The notes beneath the pieces are model-generated. The model saw only the letters and a list, made by a program, of their open reading frames with translations. It ran no database searches and was not told the DNA's origin. From assembly GCA_965644295.1 (NCBI GenBank), contig CBFFRP010000035.1, positions 186,001 to 250,000 of the forward strand: a stretch of 64,000 bases of DNA, read 5' to 3'. Every line of letters begins with the position of its first letter. Position 1 is the stretch's first letter. The translations under genes and the position numbers were made by a program. This DNA is from Paraphysomonas bandaiensis (Eukaryota > Protista > Chrysophyceae). Shown one piece after another: positions 25,441 through 38,696 of this stretch.

Positions 25441-26985
25441 TGTGCAACAAACTTACTAAATATCAATCGCTAATTGCTTCTTATTGCATAGTTCAGTCCT
25501 TATAGGAATTAATGCACAGTTCAGTTGAGCTCAATTGAATTCAGTGTGGCGGCGTCATCTCTACACGATACTCCATAGCATGACTGCACTGTACCAGCTA
25601 CAGTACTCTGTATATGGTATACTACACTATACAGTACTCGTACACTGTACTGCACTGTATATGCATCTGTAGTGGTGCGCAGACTTTCTGCTGCACTGTA
25701 CCTTCTCCTGTAGCTATGTCCGTATTTTACCGCACTTTAAATACTGTAGTTTTGGTATACAGTACATATGGTACAGTACAGCAGTATTCCTACATGCCAC
25801 TGCTGTGTCAAGATCTGAAGATTATGACCACGATGTGCTGTACAGCAGCAGGCAGTTTAATGCATGCAATGCAGGTGTAAACATCGCTCATCATTCACAA
25901 ATTCCTGTCTGAGCAGTGATAATATCTGAATTGGTGGTCTTAGATCGCATCTATATAAGCGATGCGCACTAAGCATTGCAGTGTACGTACACAGCAGGCC
26001 GCATTTCAAAGTTTCTGTCGTTTCTCTCCAAAATCAAACAGCTTGACGATAAGCACACTTCAGATTGTTAAACACCCCATATGAAGAGACAGTGTGAAAA
26101 GAGTAATACAAGGCACTAGAAATCCAGCTATACAGCTTCTACCTTCTGATATACGTAAGCCACTCGGGCTATACTCATCACACTATGGAATGGTTTCGTG
26201 TTGTTATCATAACATGTTACAAAGCAACCACTCGTATCAACTCCTCCAACAGAAGTGTTATTCGTAGCACCTATTTGCGAAACTAGTGAGGTTCTGCTGT
26301 GAGTATACAAAGGAATGGTATAGAGAGTCCTTTAATGTAAACCCGATTTTCGATGCAGGGTTCATTCTGTGCTCCGTGAATATAGACGGTCATGATGGTA
26401 CAAACCAGTGCAGCACGTGAGTCAGGTGTTGGAAGTATTGTTGGCGGTAACTTATCATTGTTATTTTTCGACACCAATGCTAATCAAGCCAATGCGAAAA
26501 TACCGTGGCCTTTCTGCGTTTTGCTTGCGGGAACTCCCTGTCAACCATATCTGCTTGGTTTGTAATGAAATCTCATATCAACTCTGTTCTCTAATATGCA
26601 TGGTGGTGGTTGTTTGCTCATACAGTATATGGATCTTAATCGCTTTGTTCTTTTTACGGTTGATATCTAGATATTACATATTGAAAGTAGTACGTTCGTA
26701 AAATCGTGATATTCTGAATATCATAAGAAATGGAAGTTATATTGCTTTTTCGAACACCATTTTTGGCCAGTGTGTTATACGGTGGCCGTAGTATTAGTAA
26801 AATCGAGGTATTTGTAGATATAAGGATGCTTGTCCTGCGTCGAGTGTGGTGCTACAATAGGCATGGACAGTTACAGAATAATAACTGTTTATTACCTATA
26901 TGAAGTAAAAAGTTCTACTATCTGTGGTCCAATCCCCTATATGAAGCAGTAACTTCAACCACGCGCGGTACAAATGCGCCACAAC

Positions 26986-27481
26986 TGAATGTATTATTAT
27001 TAGCAATAGGCGTGTAAGAGTCATAACTAATCTAGCATTTTAACAATCTAGTGCTTAACTCTGATATCCTACTATATAATGCTACGAATGCTACCAAGGT
27101 GCAACTACTTTTGCTCTATCACTTATAGCAAATGCAGCGAGCAAGCAGAATGTTGATATACTCGACATCTGCTGGCTTCAGGATTTTTGAGTCCTTAAGG
27201 TGTGCAGCCCGGATTCTTGACTTCAGCAGGCAGCCAAATACCCCGGGTACCCTTGAGGTGGGCCCAGTCCCAGATTCCTGTTTATTCGTCAAGTTCCAAC
27301 GGCGTCTACACAAGTGACACTTATTGGTGTCCCTTGTACCACACAAGCAATTGGCTATGAGTGGGCAGAACAATATCTGATGTCTATATGTTTTCGGCTC
27401 ACGTAAGTTTCCAGCAGGTGAATAGCACCGGTACTTATCCCCCAGAACACCACAAAAAGGTTCGAGTCCGACGTTGACGGG
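26986..27481 (-). mobile_element. Full-length diverged AB copy
   Basis: Reverse-complement homology to 2879-3470 from the tail to the 5' terminus (…GAGTCCGACGTTGACGGG); no clear TSD. Confidence 0.8.
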
Positions 27482-28229
27482 CTGCGTACTATAAGAGGCA
27501 ATATGAAATAACATTACGTAAGCAAATGAAAAATCATATAATTGTACACGTTAAATTCAAAACAATAAATCCCTAAACAGCAACAACAACTAATGATAAG
27601 GATGCTGAGGGAATAGCAACTACTATGTATTTGAATTCGTACGTAAATGTGTAAAATTGTAGATACACGAGGCTTCTGCTTCAGACCACCTTCATCATTA
27701 AAAGTGGCATTTGAACTCTCTTGGAAAATCTTGAGGTGTTGCTCCGAAGTCCTTGTTTTGAAGATAAATCATTTGCAAAACATCGTACTGAGCTACTACA
27801 TCAGACGAAGAACGGAATACAACTTGAGTGACCGTTTCATGATCTGCGTTTGAGAATTGCGGAATATAATGAAGTTACATTCTAATGGCTATCATTATCA
27901 TAATTAGGATATAAGATAGTTTCTGTTCGAATCGAATATTGAAGCTTTATCTCCACTTTTCCGGTGCTAGGATGAACGATCTGTTGTGCCCAATCCAATT
28001 CAGGTCAAAAATATTTTCTTAAGACAAAATGGGGACAGAAAATTAACATGGGCAACAAATCCAAAGTAACTGCTTTGATCAGATAATGCATTTATGCCAT
28101 AGACTTGTCTCTAAAACTAGAGAGGTAATTTTAGTAGCATTACGTTTATAATATCCTCTTACAGCATTGCAATATACATTTCACATATACAGCTCAAAAG
28201 AAATTAAATACTACACTTAAACGTACACA

Positions 28230-29446
28230 TCAGCTTATTACTATCGTCGTTTGACCACCTGTTAAATGTCGCCTTGATGTTGCACAAAGTGGCTCCGATA
28301 CGTGAGTATCCCTCTGGACTACATCAGTTAATAATACACTGGACCCAGAAGCTGTGGAAACTCCTGATTTCTTGGACCGTCGGAGTGGTCGTTTGTTGGG
28401 CTCATAGCTTGTTGCTCGGGCAATGGTTTGAGCTGTTACTTTCTTGCGACAAGAATGATATGTGAGGCCCTTGTCATTGGCAGTATCATTCACCAATGAA
28501 ATCGAAGATGACGATGCCGGTGATAATATCATTCGACGAGGCGTGACTGGTCTAGCAGAAGGCGTGGCGGATGGATTAGTATTGAATACATCTGATGAAT
28601 TATTTGTATTGCTTTGAACAGAACGTCTCGAGCGATGTACAGGATCAACTGGAGCACTGTCTGTTAGAGAAACAGAATCTGGTCGCCCTGTAAGTCTCCT
28701 TCTCCCAGGTGTATTCGGACGACTATTTTGAGAAGTATTTTCAGCTTTATCAGTCAACGACACGGTTGATTTTGCGGCCACGGTGGCAACAGGCTTTCGT
28801 GTGTAATGTACTGGATCAACAGAACCTCCAGATAGACAGACAGAAGACTTCGATTTATCATGATGTTGTTTTTTGGCTGGAGTAATGGGACGCTGAGGTC
28901 GGGCAGAGTCTTCAAGGGAAAGTGTACTGTTGCCTGTTGGTAAACTTTTCTTGCGATGTCTAGCAGGTTCTGACTTCGCACTATCAGATAAATCCACAGT
29001 AGATGATGCAGTCGATGAACGAATGATCTTTTTAGCTGGTCGACTAGGAGAGTTACTCTGAGGTTTCGTAGCATCAACACGAAACACTGAGTTCATGTCA
29101 CCGCTACCGCAGGCCCGTACCAACCCCTTCGAGGTACGACTGCTAGTTGCCGGGGCATTTTCGTCATAGTGTAACAACGACGTGGCGTGATTTGCGGGTA
29201 TATGCTTTTTACCACTAACGTATGGCTCTGGCGCAGCTCCTCCTAACGCTATTGATGATTCTCCACCAGCAATAATTTTTTTAGGTGTTCGTTCTCTTGG
29301 AGTGTGACTGCTTCGCGTAGGGGAACACAATGTTTTAGCTTCAGTCCCCCGAGCACTTGTTCCTTATAAGTCAGTTACATGGAGTCGTATAGAAACATGA
29401 AGTGTGCATTACCTAAACCTGTTACTCTCACTGACTTCCCGAACAT
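28230..29446 (-). CDS. Basic Ser-rich disordered repeat protein, Jupiter/HN1/SPIRAL1-like motifs (putative microtubule-associated)
   Basis: Exon 1 MFGKSVRVTGL spliced to ORF 28230-29362; about 13 [KR][KR]..S[ST][IV]xL motifs, e.g. GGESSIALGG and C-terminal GGQTTIVIS. Confidence 0.65.
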
Positions 29447-30080
29447 TGTGGATTATTACTCACGGAGAAGTGGATAAGTATGACGACGGGTTCATTTAGT
29501 TCACCTGATATTTGTTGACACTCACATGTAAGTACGCTGTGCGTGGACAATGCTGCATATGTTCATTTACATCTAGACATCTGTGTGTACGTACACGGCT
29601 ACACGGCGCACATATCTGATGCATATCTGCTGTACATGTGCCATATCTTGTCATACAGTATATGGTATACGTATACTGTACCGTATACGACAGTATACCT
29701 ATGCATTGACACTCACATGCGCAGAAATTTCCCTACAAAGTATCGTACGTACTACCCCGTTTTTGGGCATATGGATCCTCTATGCTGCTGCTCTTCCTCT
29801 CTAGATGTGTACGGAAATATTCCCAGTGATAAATACGGTACACCTACACAGCAGTACAGAGAGCCATACTCGTATCGGCACTCAGCCCCTCCCTCTGCGC
29901 AACACAATTGAGCCAAAAATGCTGTGTGTCATGTACCACTGTACAGCAGTGTATGAGAGTTAACCGGAGCAGTCGAAACAATAAGAATAGTTGAAGAGAG
30001 AGGAGAGGGCCTTGACTGTACCGTACCACTGCAGTGAGTTGTATTATAATCCATTGCCGGTTGAGTGTGAGTGTGTGAGT

Positions 30081-31323
30081 ATGTGGAGTGCTATTAAGAG
30101 TGATTTATTGGAGTTCGTCACAACTGTTCAGACGGACACTTCATCCACCATATCAAAGGTAATAAAAGACAATAGGAAGGAGGAGAGTCATGAGCTATCG
30201 GAGTCAGAGAAGATAGTTCAGAATCTTCGACAGGACCGGGAAACATTTTCATTGGTAGATCTCCGCGTATTAATGACCTTTGAGTCTTACAGTGTGTGTA
30301 GGATGTCGACATGAAACATTATGAGCAGTATAGAAACTTTCTGAAGACTTTTTCCCTAAGTGCCAATGCTGCCGATATAGCTCGAATACTGGAATGGGAA
30401 GAGGATGTTTCAATGTTTTATGCTGATCTGGTGCCACGTGATATATCTGCGGAAACGTTTTGGGCAAGGTAAGTGAACATAGGAAATCATTTGTAGTTCT
30501 ATTATTCACCAGGTGATCTCGAATATTATCTATATACAGGTATTACTTCAAACTTCGTCTAGCACAATCACAGAACATAGGGGAGGCTTTTGATGATGAT
30601 GAAGAGGAGCTCACCTGGGATGAAACAGAAACCAAAGAATCTGACCAAACTGCTCCTGGGCAAGATGAAAACATAGGACAGAATTCTATAGATTCAGAAG
30701 TTCGAAATGTGCAAGGTGAAGAGACCAAAGATATGACTGAGATTTCAGAAGCTGTAAATGACGAAATATCCCAGCTGCGGCGTGAAAACTCCTTCCTGAA
30801 GCAGAGGGTGTGTGAATTGGAAGGGGAGGTGTGTATGTTGCAGCGGAAGCTGCATATGTGCACTGGAGAGAGCTTGGCCACTCTACAGCAACAGCCTATT
30901 TGTTCGATGGATTCTACTTTGCAAGGGCAGAGCATGCGTAAAGAGATTTCTACAGAAAGTGACTTATCTGCGCGTGCTGATGAAATAGTTCGAGATAGGT
31001 CACCATTTGTGAAAATCGATTCATATCCTGCTAGCAGCGCTGAGAGTGACGGAATTGTTGTAGAGAGGGGCTCCGAGTCAGACAAAGAAAAACTATCGTC
31101 CAACTCGAGGACCGACGAAGGCAATCGCCGTAACACTTCGATATTGAATTCAGAGTTGGGTACAGAGCAGGCGAATGCAGTTTCCACGAAACCTCTTGTA
31201 CCTGTTTCTCCACTGCACTCTAAGGCTGCGCCGTCATCACAGGCCTCTTCGAGTACACCACCCGTTCTCCGTGGTCTAGACGAAGATGATGAAGACGAAG
31301 TTGGGTGGGATTCTGCATGGTAG
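30081..31323 (+). CDS. BSD domain-containing protein
   Basis: MWSAIKSDLLEFV N-terminus; YADLVPRDISAETFWARYYFKL (BSD FW..Y motif across an intron); coiled coil; acidic C-terminus DEVGWDSAW. Confidence 0.82.
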
Positions 31324-31788
31324 ATCAAATCATCACACTATACTTTTTCTTGTCATGTTCCTTGTATTGCGTTGTAAGTTGTAAGAGGCGAGTCTCATCA
31401 ACGCCTGTGCACATGATACCTGTTTGAGACACTTATCCGAATTTGTAATACGAATCGTTGTAACAAAGTAGATAGTGACACATATTGATGATTCTGTATA
31501 TGATACCAATAACCCAACTTGTACAGCTCCGGTGTTGACACTCGATATAACAAAATTAACTCTTTGTTTATTTATTCGTGTGCAGGCGAGCACACTTGTG
31601 TTATAAATAGCCGAAGCAAGTAGACGGCATAAATAAGCATGCTAGTCAAACAGGTTTACTATAATGGTGCCATCCCAACACTAAGTGATTCACAACAAGT
31701 GACCAAGTAAATTACAGAAGCGAGTTATTATGTTTTTATTATTACATGACTAACTGCAGATAAATTAGATTATCTACACAACGCTAGC

Positions 31789-34745
31789 TTAGATGGTGTT
31801 TTCGACATAGAAGAGTGTCAAAACGCATGGCACAATGCCACCAGGAGCCAAAAATATAGCAGTTCCGGTTTCATCTGTTCTCACAACTGTACGGTGCTTG
31901 CCACATGCGCAATGCTCAGAAGATAGAGTTTCGTACACGGCATGGGGGAGAAGTCCACGGATAGAGTACTGTGTATTACACGGGCGATTATCATCAACTG
32001 GGACAGAAATCGACACTTCTTTAGGACTATAAAGCACATTAATATTTCCGGTATGATATTCAAATTCGGAATCACCGGTAGACAATAGAAATGGATCAAT
32101 CGTCACTCCTGATATATCCAACTTCACCCCATACCGAATGTCCTTCAAAAGCATTGAAACAAGTGCCGGATATTCAAAATAAAACATTGTACGGTTTTCT
32201 TGTTGCATGCCATCACATCCATACCTCTCATGCAACCATGTGTTAGCATTTAAATCACGTTTAAGGGGCTCCAGTACAACGTCGTTGAAGTAATTAAGGT
32301 CTTCCGCAGACCCTAGTAGCTTTCTTCCAACGGCATCAAACCATCCAATGCGACCCATTGAACACCACGAGTCACCCGTGTTTCCATCAGTGGTATCTTC
32401 CACTCCATAATACTGCTCTGACACAAACTGCGCACCTGCCCCAGAAGCCGCAGAACAACGGCCGCCATCAATGCGCTTCTGGATCAGCCTTGCTCTTGAG
32501 CTATCAGCAACTCCATGTGCAATTGCAATTACATTGGCATCGTAGTCTACAAAGTCACGAGTTGTCCCGTCAATGTTGAGTTGTGTAATGAAGTGATCTC
32601 CCCCACTACTCTCATTGGCCCAAAGGTATTCATTCATTGCTTTAGAAACTTCACTAGCCATCATTTCGAGCTCACCAGCGCGGGATGAATTACCGACAGC
32701 ACGCTCAGCGGCTGCAAAATCACGTAGAAAACCAACCACCATTGCATTAGAGTCAGAGGTGTAGTTATTTCGAATGAACACGTCAATCATGAGTGATCCA
32801 GGGGCGTAGAGTAAATAAGTATCATTCTCAATTAAATTAAACACGAATGACGACGCTACTCGAAGGGTAGGCATATAGTCTCTCAGCCATCTGAAGTCTC
32901 CAGACGTCGCCGCGTACTGCAATGCAGTTTTAACCCAAAATATATTAGGTCCAGTTTGTGTTTCTCCAGAAAGAGCAAGGTAATACGGCTCTGCTCCATT
33001 GAAGTGGTGAGGAAGCTGCCCAGTTTCAGTCTTCATGAATGATCCCGTGCGTTCGATAACTTGACGCACTTGATTCTACATTATAGTTAAAAACTGAACT
33101 ATATAAAATACGAAACGTCGTACGCCCACATCAAAATGATGATACGATATCAGATAATGACAACGGTTAAGTGATAACCTGTAAATAAGCATCACCAGAG
33201 TACAATATTGCACTTAAAGCGAAGAAATTATCCGGATCGAAGTAATTGTATGTGCCATCATAACCGCGGCCTGTCCGTGCATATATTATCCATGACATCG
33301 GAAACACTTTTATCTCAATATACAGTTAACACACAAGCTTATGAAAGTACACAATTCGTGAATTACATATACATTCTGTACGACATACGTACTGTTATCT
33401 TGTCGTAATGTAGTGGCGATTTGCGCAACCCGAAGGCCTTCTTCCACCTCGTTGTTGTAAGTACAGAGGTTGCCTACGCCATTAGCGTAAATGCCGGTCA
33501 TGAAAGCCCCTAATGGACAAAAATAAGAAACACGCAATGAATTTGATAAAAATAAAGCTATACCAACGATTCGCAGATAGTAGAAATCAACACTATAATA
33601 TCTCAAGTACATGTTTACCTAAATCCCCAGCACCATCTGTGTCCATATTGGGAACCTCACCAGAGGGCAAGCCCCCACTCGGAAAGTTATAGTTATTAGG
33701 AGCCAATATTAGTTTCTTCTCCCAAGCCACGCTTTCCAATCTATTGCCACCGTTTTGTGCATTCCATCCCTCCGTCCAGAGGTCTCTGAGAGTGAGTTCA
33801 TATGTTCCAGCAAGAATCTCTTGAAACCCCGTACGGAACGAAGCTGTTGAGTCAGAGCTCGAAGCAGCGGAAAGCATTACAGTTACATCAGACTCACCAC
33901 CTTGTGCTCCAGGACGAAGTATATCTATAGATCCATGCTCACCTACAGAGCGTGATAATCAGTACAAACAACGGGTATACGCGTATCCAACATAACAGAA
34001 AGCGTCAACGAGTAAACGAGACAGCGTAAAAGGCATCTATACGCCATTTATAGGAAAGAGTTCTGATATACCTAGTGTGTATAGGCGAGTAAGAGCATCA
34101 CTGGAACCAAAGTATGATCGTTCGGGAGAAGCGTTCATCATCTGTACGACTCCCGTATCATACAACCCAAATATAGAAGCAGGAGTCGCGTATAATGAAT
34201 GTCGAACTGATTTCAAAGTGTATTCACTCGATATGTTCAGAACACCACCTTTTGTAAGCAAAGTGAGGCTACGTTGACCCCTACAAAGTTCAATACTCCA
34301 AGATTCAACAGAACTTGGGTTGTCAATATCATCATACACTTCATTGATAACAACGGATGCGCATCGGTTTCCAACATGTGTGAAGTACAGGGGGGAAGGC
34401 CCACGGCCAGCTGCTGAAGTCACAGTCCCGTCGTCTTCTTCACGTTCTAACTGGAAACCCGAATTTGTCAACAAGTTTTTACTATAGTTCTTAGAGCCTG
34501 TCATCATCAGTATGTTACGCGTTGTGCTTCATATCATAATTATATTTATATTCACCATTAAAATCGCCGCTGAGAGAAGAAATGAACGCTCCGCCAGAGA
34601 GAGAAACATCCGCTTTAACAAAACCATTTTCAAGTGTGCATATTATCTGCTGATTGTCGCACGTCACCTCTGCTCTGTGTATGGGCTTGCAGAGATAGTG
34701 ACGAGCAAGCAGAAAGACAGTTAACCAGTGTATCTTTAGCTTCAT
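31789..34745 (-). CDS. Secreted six-hairpin (alpha/alpha)6 glycosidase-like protein, multi-exon
   Basis: Signal-like MKLKIHWLTVFLLA; GPNIFWVKTALQYAATSGDFRWL, YTSDSNAM..GFL and WLHERY motifs resembling (a/a)6 glycoside hydrolases; family uncertain. Confidence 0.6.
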
Positions 34746-35253
34746 GAACAGCACACTCACAGCACTATCAACGGGATCAATATCATCATATATATACGTA
34801 TGATGCTTAGGTGTCCGGCATAGTAATAGAAGCAATCACCGTGATGTTCTCCTTGCGTCTATCTGCCTGATGTAGCAGATATCCTGCACCCAATCTGATC
34901 ATAGGCGAAGTGGATCTCTCTGTATCTATCTGTACCCGGGCAGATATCCGTATGAGTAATCTGTATATCCTGCTGTTGAAGTGATGATACATTTTTGGTA
35001 TATGTGTATACGTCACCATATTCAGTCCGGACTCCTGCTTCTTCGTATGTATGGTATGGAACTGTGTATCTGAGTGTAGGGGTCATATGCCGCAGCGAGA
35101 GTTTGGTGCCTGTACTCTGTATACATACACTGTGTATATATTATATATACATACAGCTCTACCGACATGTATATATAGACTCCAGCAGGCCACCTCACCA
35201 CATGCGCGAGTTCACGGTATCTTAGTACATACCAGTAGCTGCCATAACATAAC

Positions 35254-36801
35254 ATGTTCTTATTATCTGTGCTTGTGTCCGCCCTCTCAGTGAGCTCCTC
35301 ATATGGTGCCTACTGTAACGGTTCACCAGATCCAGGAGAGAGGACTAACGAGAACCCCATATATGACGGGCCGGTCAATTATATTCGATCTGAGGGTAAC
35401 GCCTCTCTCTATGAGGCTGGACCAGATAACGCCAAGTTTCCTATTGTCCATGTATATGGAAACGCATATGAGTGAGTGATATATATATGTGTGTGTATTG
35501 ACAGTTGCACTCATATCTGTGTATAGAGTTGGATACGCTCAAGGCCTCATTCAGAAAGAATATTTAAGAGAATTCGTATCGAAAACTTATGCGTACTTTC
35601 TTGAAATGGCTGTGGATGAAATGGGGGATAAAATCAGCCCTTTCTGGCAGGCTATAATTGTATACAAAGGGCTGAATCGGGCTTTGGACTGGTGTGCTGA
35701 GGTTACGGCGCCTTACACTCCCCAGGAATTTTATGACGAGCTACATGGCATTGCTGATGCGAGTGGTGTTGACTATCAAACTCTTTTGCGCCTGAATATG
35801 TTTCCTGAAATCACCAAAGCTAGCTGCTCCTTCTTCGGCGCATGGGGTGAAGCAACAGAAGGCCATACTTACCAATTACGTGCTCTGGACTATGACACTG
35901 TTGGACCCTTCAAGGACTATCCCCAGGTTACTGTGTATCACCCTACAGATGGGCAGCCGTTTGCAAACATGGGCTGGCCTGGTGCCATTGGTGTACTCAG
36001 TGGATTTTCTTCTGCTGCTATGGCAATTAGCGAAATCGGCGTTACTTACCCTGATGATTCGTTTGGACAAGGGACTGAAAACACTCCTCCTGAGAAAGTC
36101 AAGGTAATCTATATGTGAAGTTAGGAACTTAGAATATATCTCCCCATTTCTCCCTCTTTCGAGTGTGTAGTAATTTAGTTATGGACAGGGCGAACCATGG
36201 ATGTTTGTTCTTCGTGACGTCATGAAGTACGAGAACTCGCTCGAGAGTGCGATTAATCGTATTCAGAATGCAAACCGTACCTGTAATTTGATTATCGGAA
36301 TTGGTGATGGTGAGGCTTCTATGGTAAATGGGATCGAGTACAGTGGATATGTTGCTGTCCCATACGACGATCAGACCTTGCTTCCCGAGAATTCGACATG
36401 GCACCCAGTAATCGAAGATGTGGTTTACAACGGCATGGATTGGCTCTGGTAAGTGAATGCATAATGCATTATTGGTAAATAATATTTATTTGTTGGATAT
36501 TCCAAATTTATTGGTGTGCCATTTCACATGTAACATTTTTTGTAGCCCCAACTACGACACTGTTCTCGCCCAGCAGCTGCAAAAGTTTCACGGCAGCATC
36601 GACGAAGTAGTAACTATCCATGATATTTTGCCCACTGTGCAAACTGGTGATCTACACATTGCCTTCTACGACCTTACTTCACAGGAGTTTTATCTCTCGT
36701 TTATGCGCAAATCGGATGCGGACGAGTCGGAGCCTCACTATGCGTACGAAAGACAGTTTACCAAGCTGGATATGCAATCGCTGTTTTCAGTGACGCTTTA
36801 A
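35254..36801 (+). CDS. Secreted Ntn-hydrolase (Dcd1/acid-ceramidase-like, peptidase C45 clan)
   Basis: Signal peptide; GNAYEVGYAQG; ELHGIADASG; autoproteolytic CSFFGAWG; LRALDY; GWPGAIGVLSG; 4 exons. Confidence 0.82.
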
Positions 36802-37576
36802 TTGCATTGCCACAGAGAAAATTTAAAATGAAATTTTTTCAGTGAAAAATGTATTTATCGGAACTCATGAATTAATGAATATTGTTTCACCTGAAATGGG
36901 ACCGTTTAAACACGCGGCACTGTAATGCCTGCGTACATAATACATGATTATGATGTCCCTTTCGCTTGACCGATGTGGAAATTATAGTGTCAGAGCCTTT
37001 TCTCGTAGACTATACTTTGATATCAATTCTCGTAGTCTATGTTATTACTAAACGTATGACTATAAAGCTACATTTGATACAACTATTTTAAGAGATATTC
37101 AGTTTTAAGTCATCGTTCACAGGCTACATTTTCATGCTTTCCTGTGTCATAACCGTGGTGTTGCGATGGATATACGAAACATATAGCCTATTATATGATA
37201 TAGGTGGCTGATACTTCAATCTAAATTAATGTAGAAAATACGCGCACTAAACGACGTCGACTCTTCCGTTACATTCAACTGGTGAAAAGTCAGTGCTGTG
37301 TATAGTGTATAGTCAACTTTAGTCACTTTAAATACATATTTAATATGCACTGTATATAATATAAAATCAGTTACTTCAAATTACTATAACCTACCTTAAA
37401 GTTTAAACCCTATTTACAGAGGGTGTTATTTCGAAGCGATAGCTGAACAAAATATAAAAAAGGAAAAGGATATTTTTCATTGTCGTTGTTGTGTGTGAAG
37501 TTGTATTCGTGAATGTTGCTTGTTCTAATCTCAAATTGTTGATCTCAAGCTCAATATTACTTTGTGATGGTTGTTG

Positions 37577-37805
37577 TGAATGTCTTATTATCAGCAATAG
37601 GCGTTTAAGAGTCGGAACTAATCTAGCATTGCAATTTAACTGACTAGTGCTTATCTCTGATATCCTACTATATTATGCTACGAAAGCTGCTTGTGCGTCT
37701 CCGCAAATACCACGGTGCAACTACTTTTGCTCTATCACTTAAAGCAAATGCAATGAGCAAGCAGAATGTTGATATTCCTGACATCTGACATATGCTGACC
37801 TCAGG
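37577..37805 (-). mobile_element. 5'-truncated AB copy
   Basis: Reverse-complement tail plus ~80 bp of the AB body. Confidence 0.75.
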
Positions 37806-38696
37806 CAAGTTGTTTGTGTAAAGAGATTAAGTAAATTGGGGAGGATCGTATGACCCGGCTTAAACAGGCAACTAGTCGTATTCCCATATCTACCTACTAA
37901 ATCGTATTGTATAGTTTAGCACCTGTCGGTACATTCAATAGAATATAGGAGTCATATTAGGCTTTTATTGTCGTTGGTTGTGGCAACGCACAAGCTTGTG
38001 CTACTTATAAAAATCAGATACTCAGTATAGATTACATACATGGAAATCATGAATTTTGGAGACACAACACCTACATAATATAAAAAGAAACAAGGATGTT
38101 TGAAGAAGTCAAAGTCAACATGGGTTGGATTAGGGGATACGTGTGACGAAAAGTAATACTACCAATATTTTCGTATTAGAAACAGAAGAATGTAAAATAT
38201 TATCATGTTTATACAGGATACACAATTTGAAAAAAGTTAATATAATAATGATATTACCTGAAAAAACGTATGTAGGAATTAGCCACTGAGGCAGCACACC
38301 TGTGCAGTAATTTACTATTTAGGTAACGATAAGTTCTAACCGGATGTAGCAAGACAATGAAAGGAAGAGCACGATATATGAGTTACATGTTACATATATA
38401 TTATCACATGTTACACGTGAACTCCATTGTCACAATACGTAAAATTATTTACTTTTAATTAAAAATGTACCTTGAAATGTCATAATAAAGCAACTCCGAA
38501 ATAAAATAGTAAATCATTCGCTGATAGCGTCATAATATCCATTTAATATAATAGCATTTGCATATATTTTTGTCTGTCCACTGATGTGGGAGCGCATTCA
38601 TGAAATTTTAAATAGTACACAGTACAGAGAATACTGTAAAGTTTAAATACACACAATGGGACACAAGTATATACAAGGAGAGTTGTGAAAAGCGTC

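Noticed and set aside
27459-27469. GGTTCGAGTCC Pol III B-box / tRNA T-loop
   Set aside because: Most other copies read GTGCGAGTC; it is antisense to the element; there is no A-box or cloverleaf.
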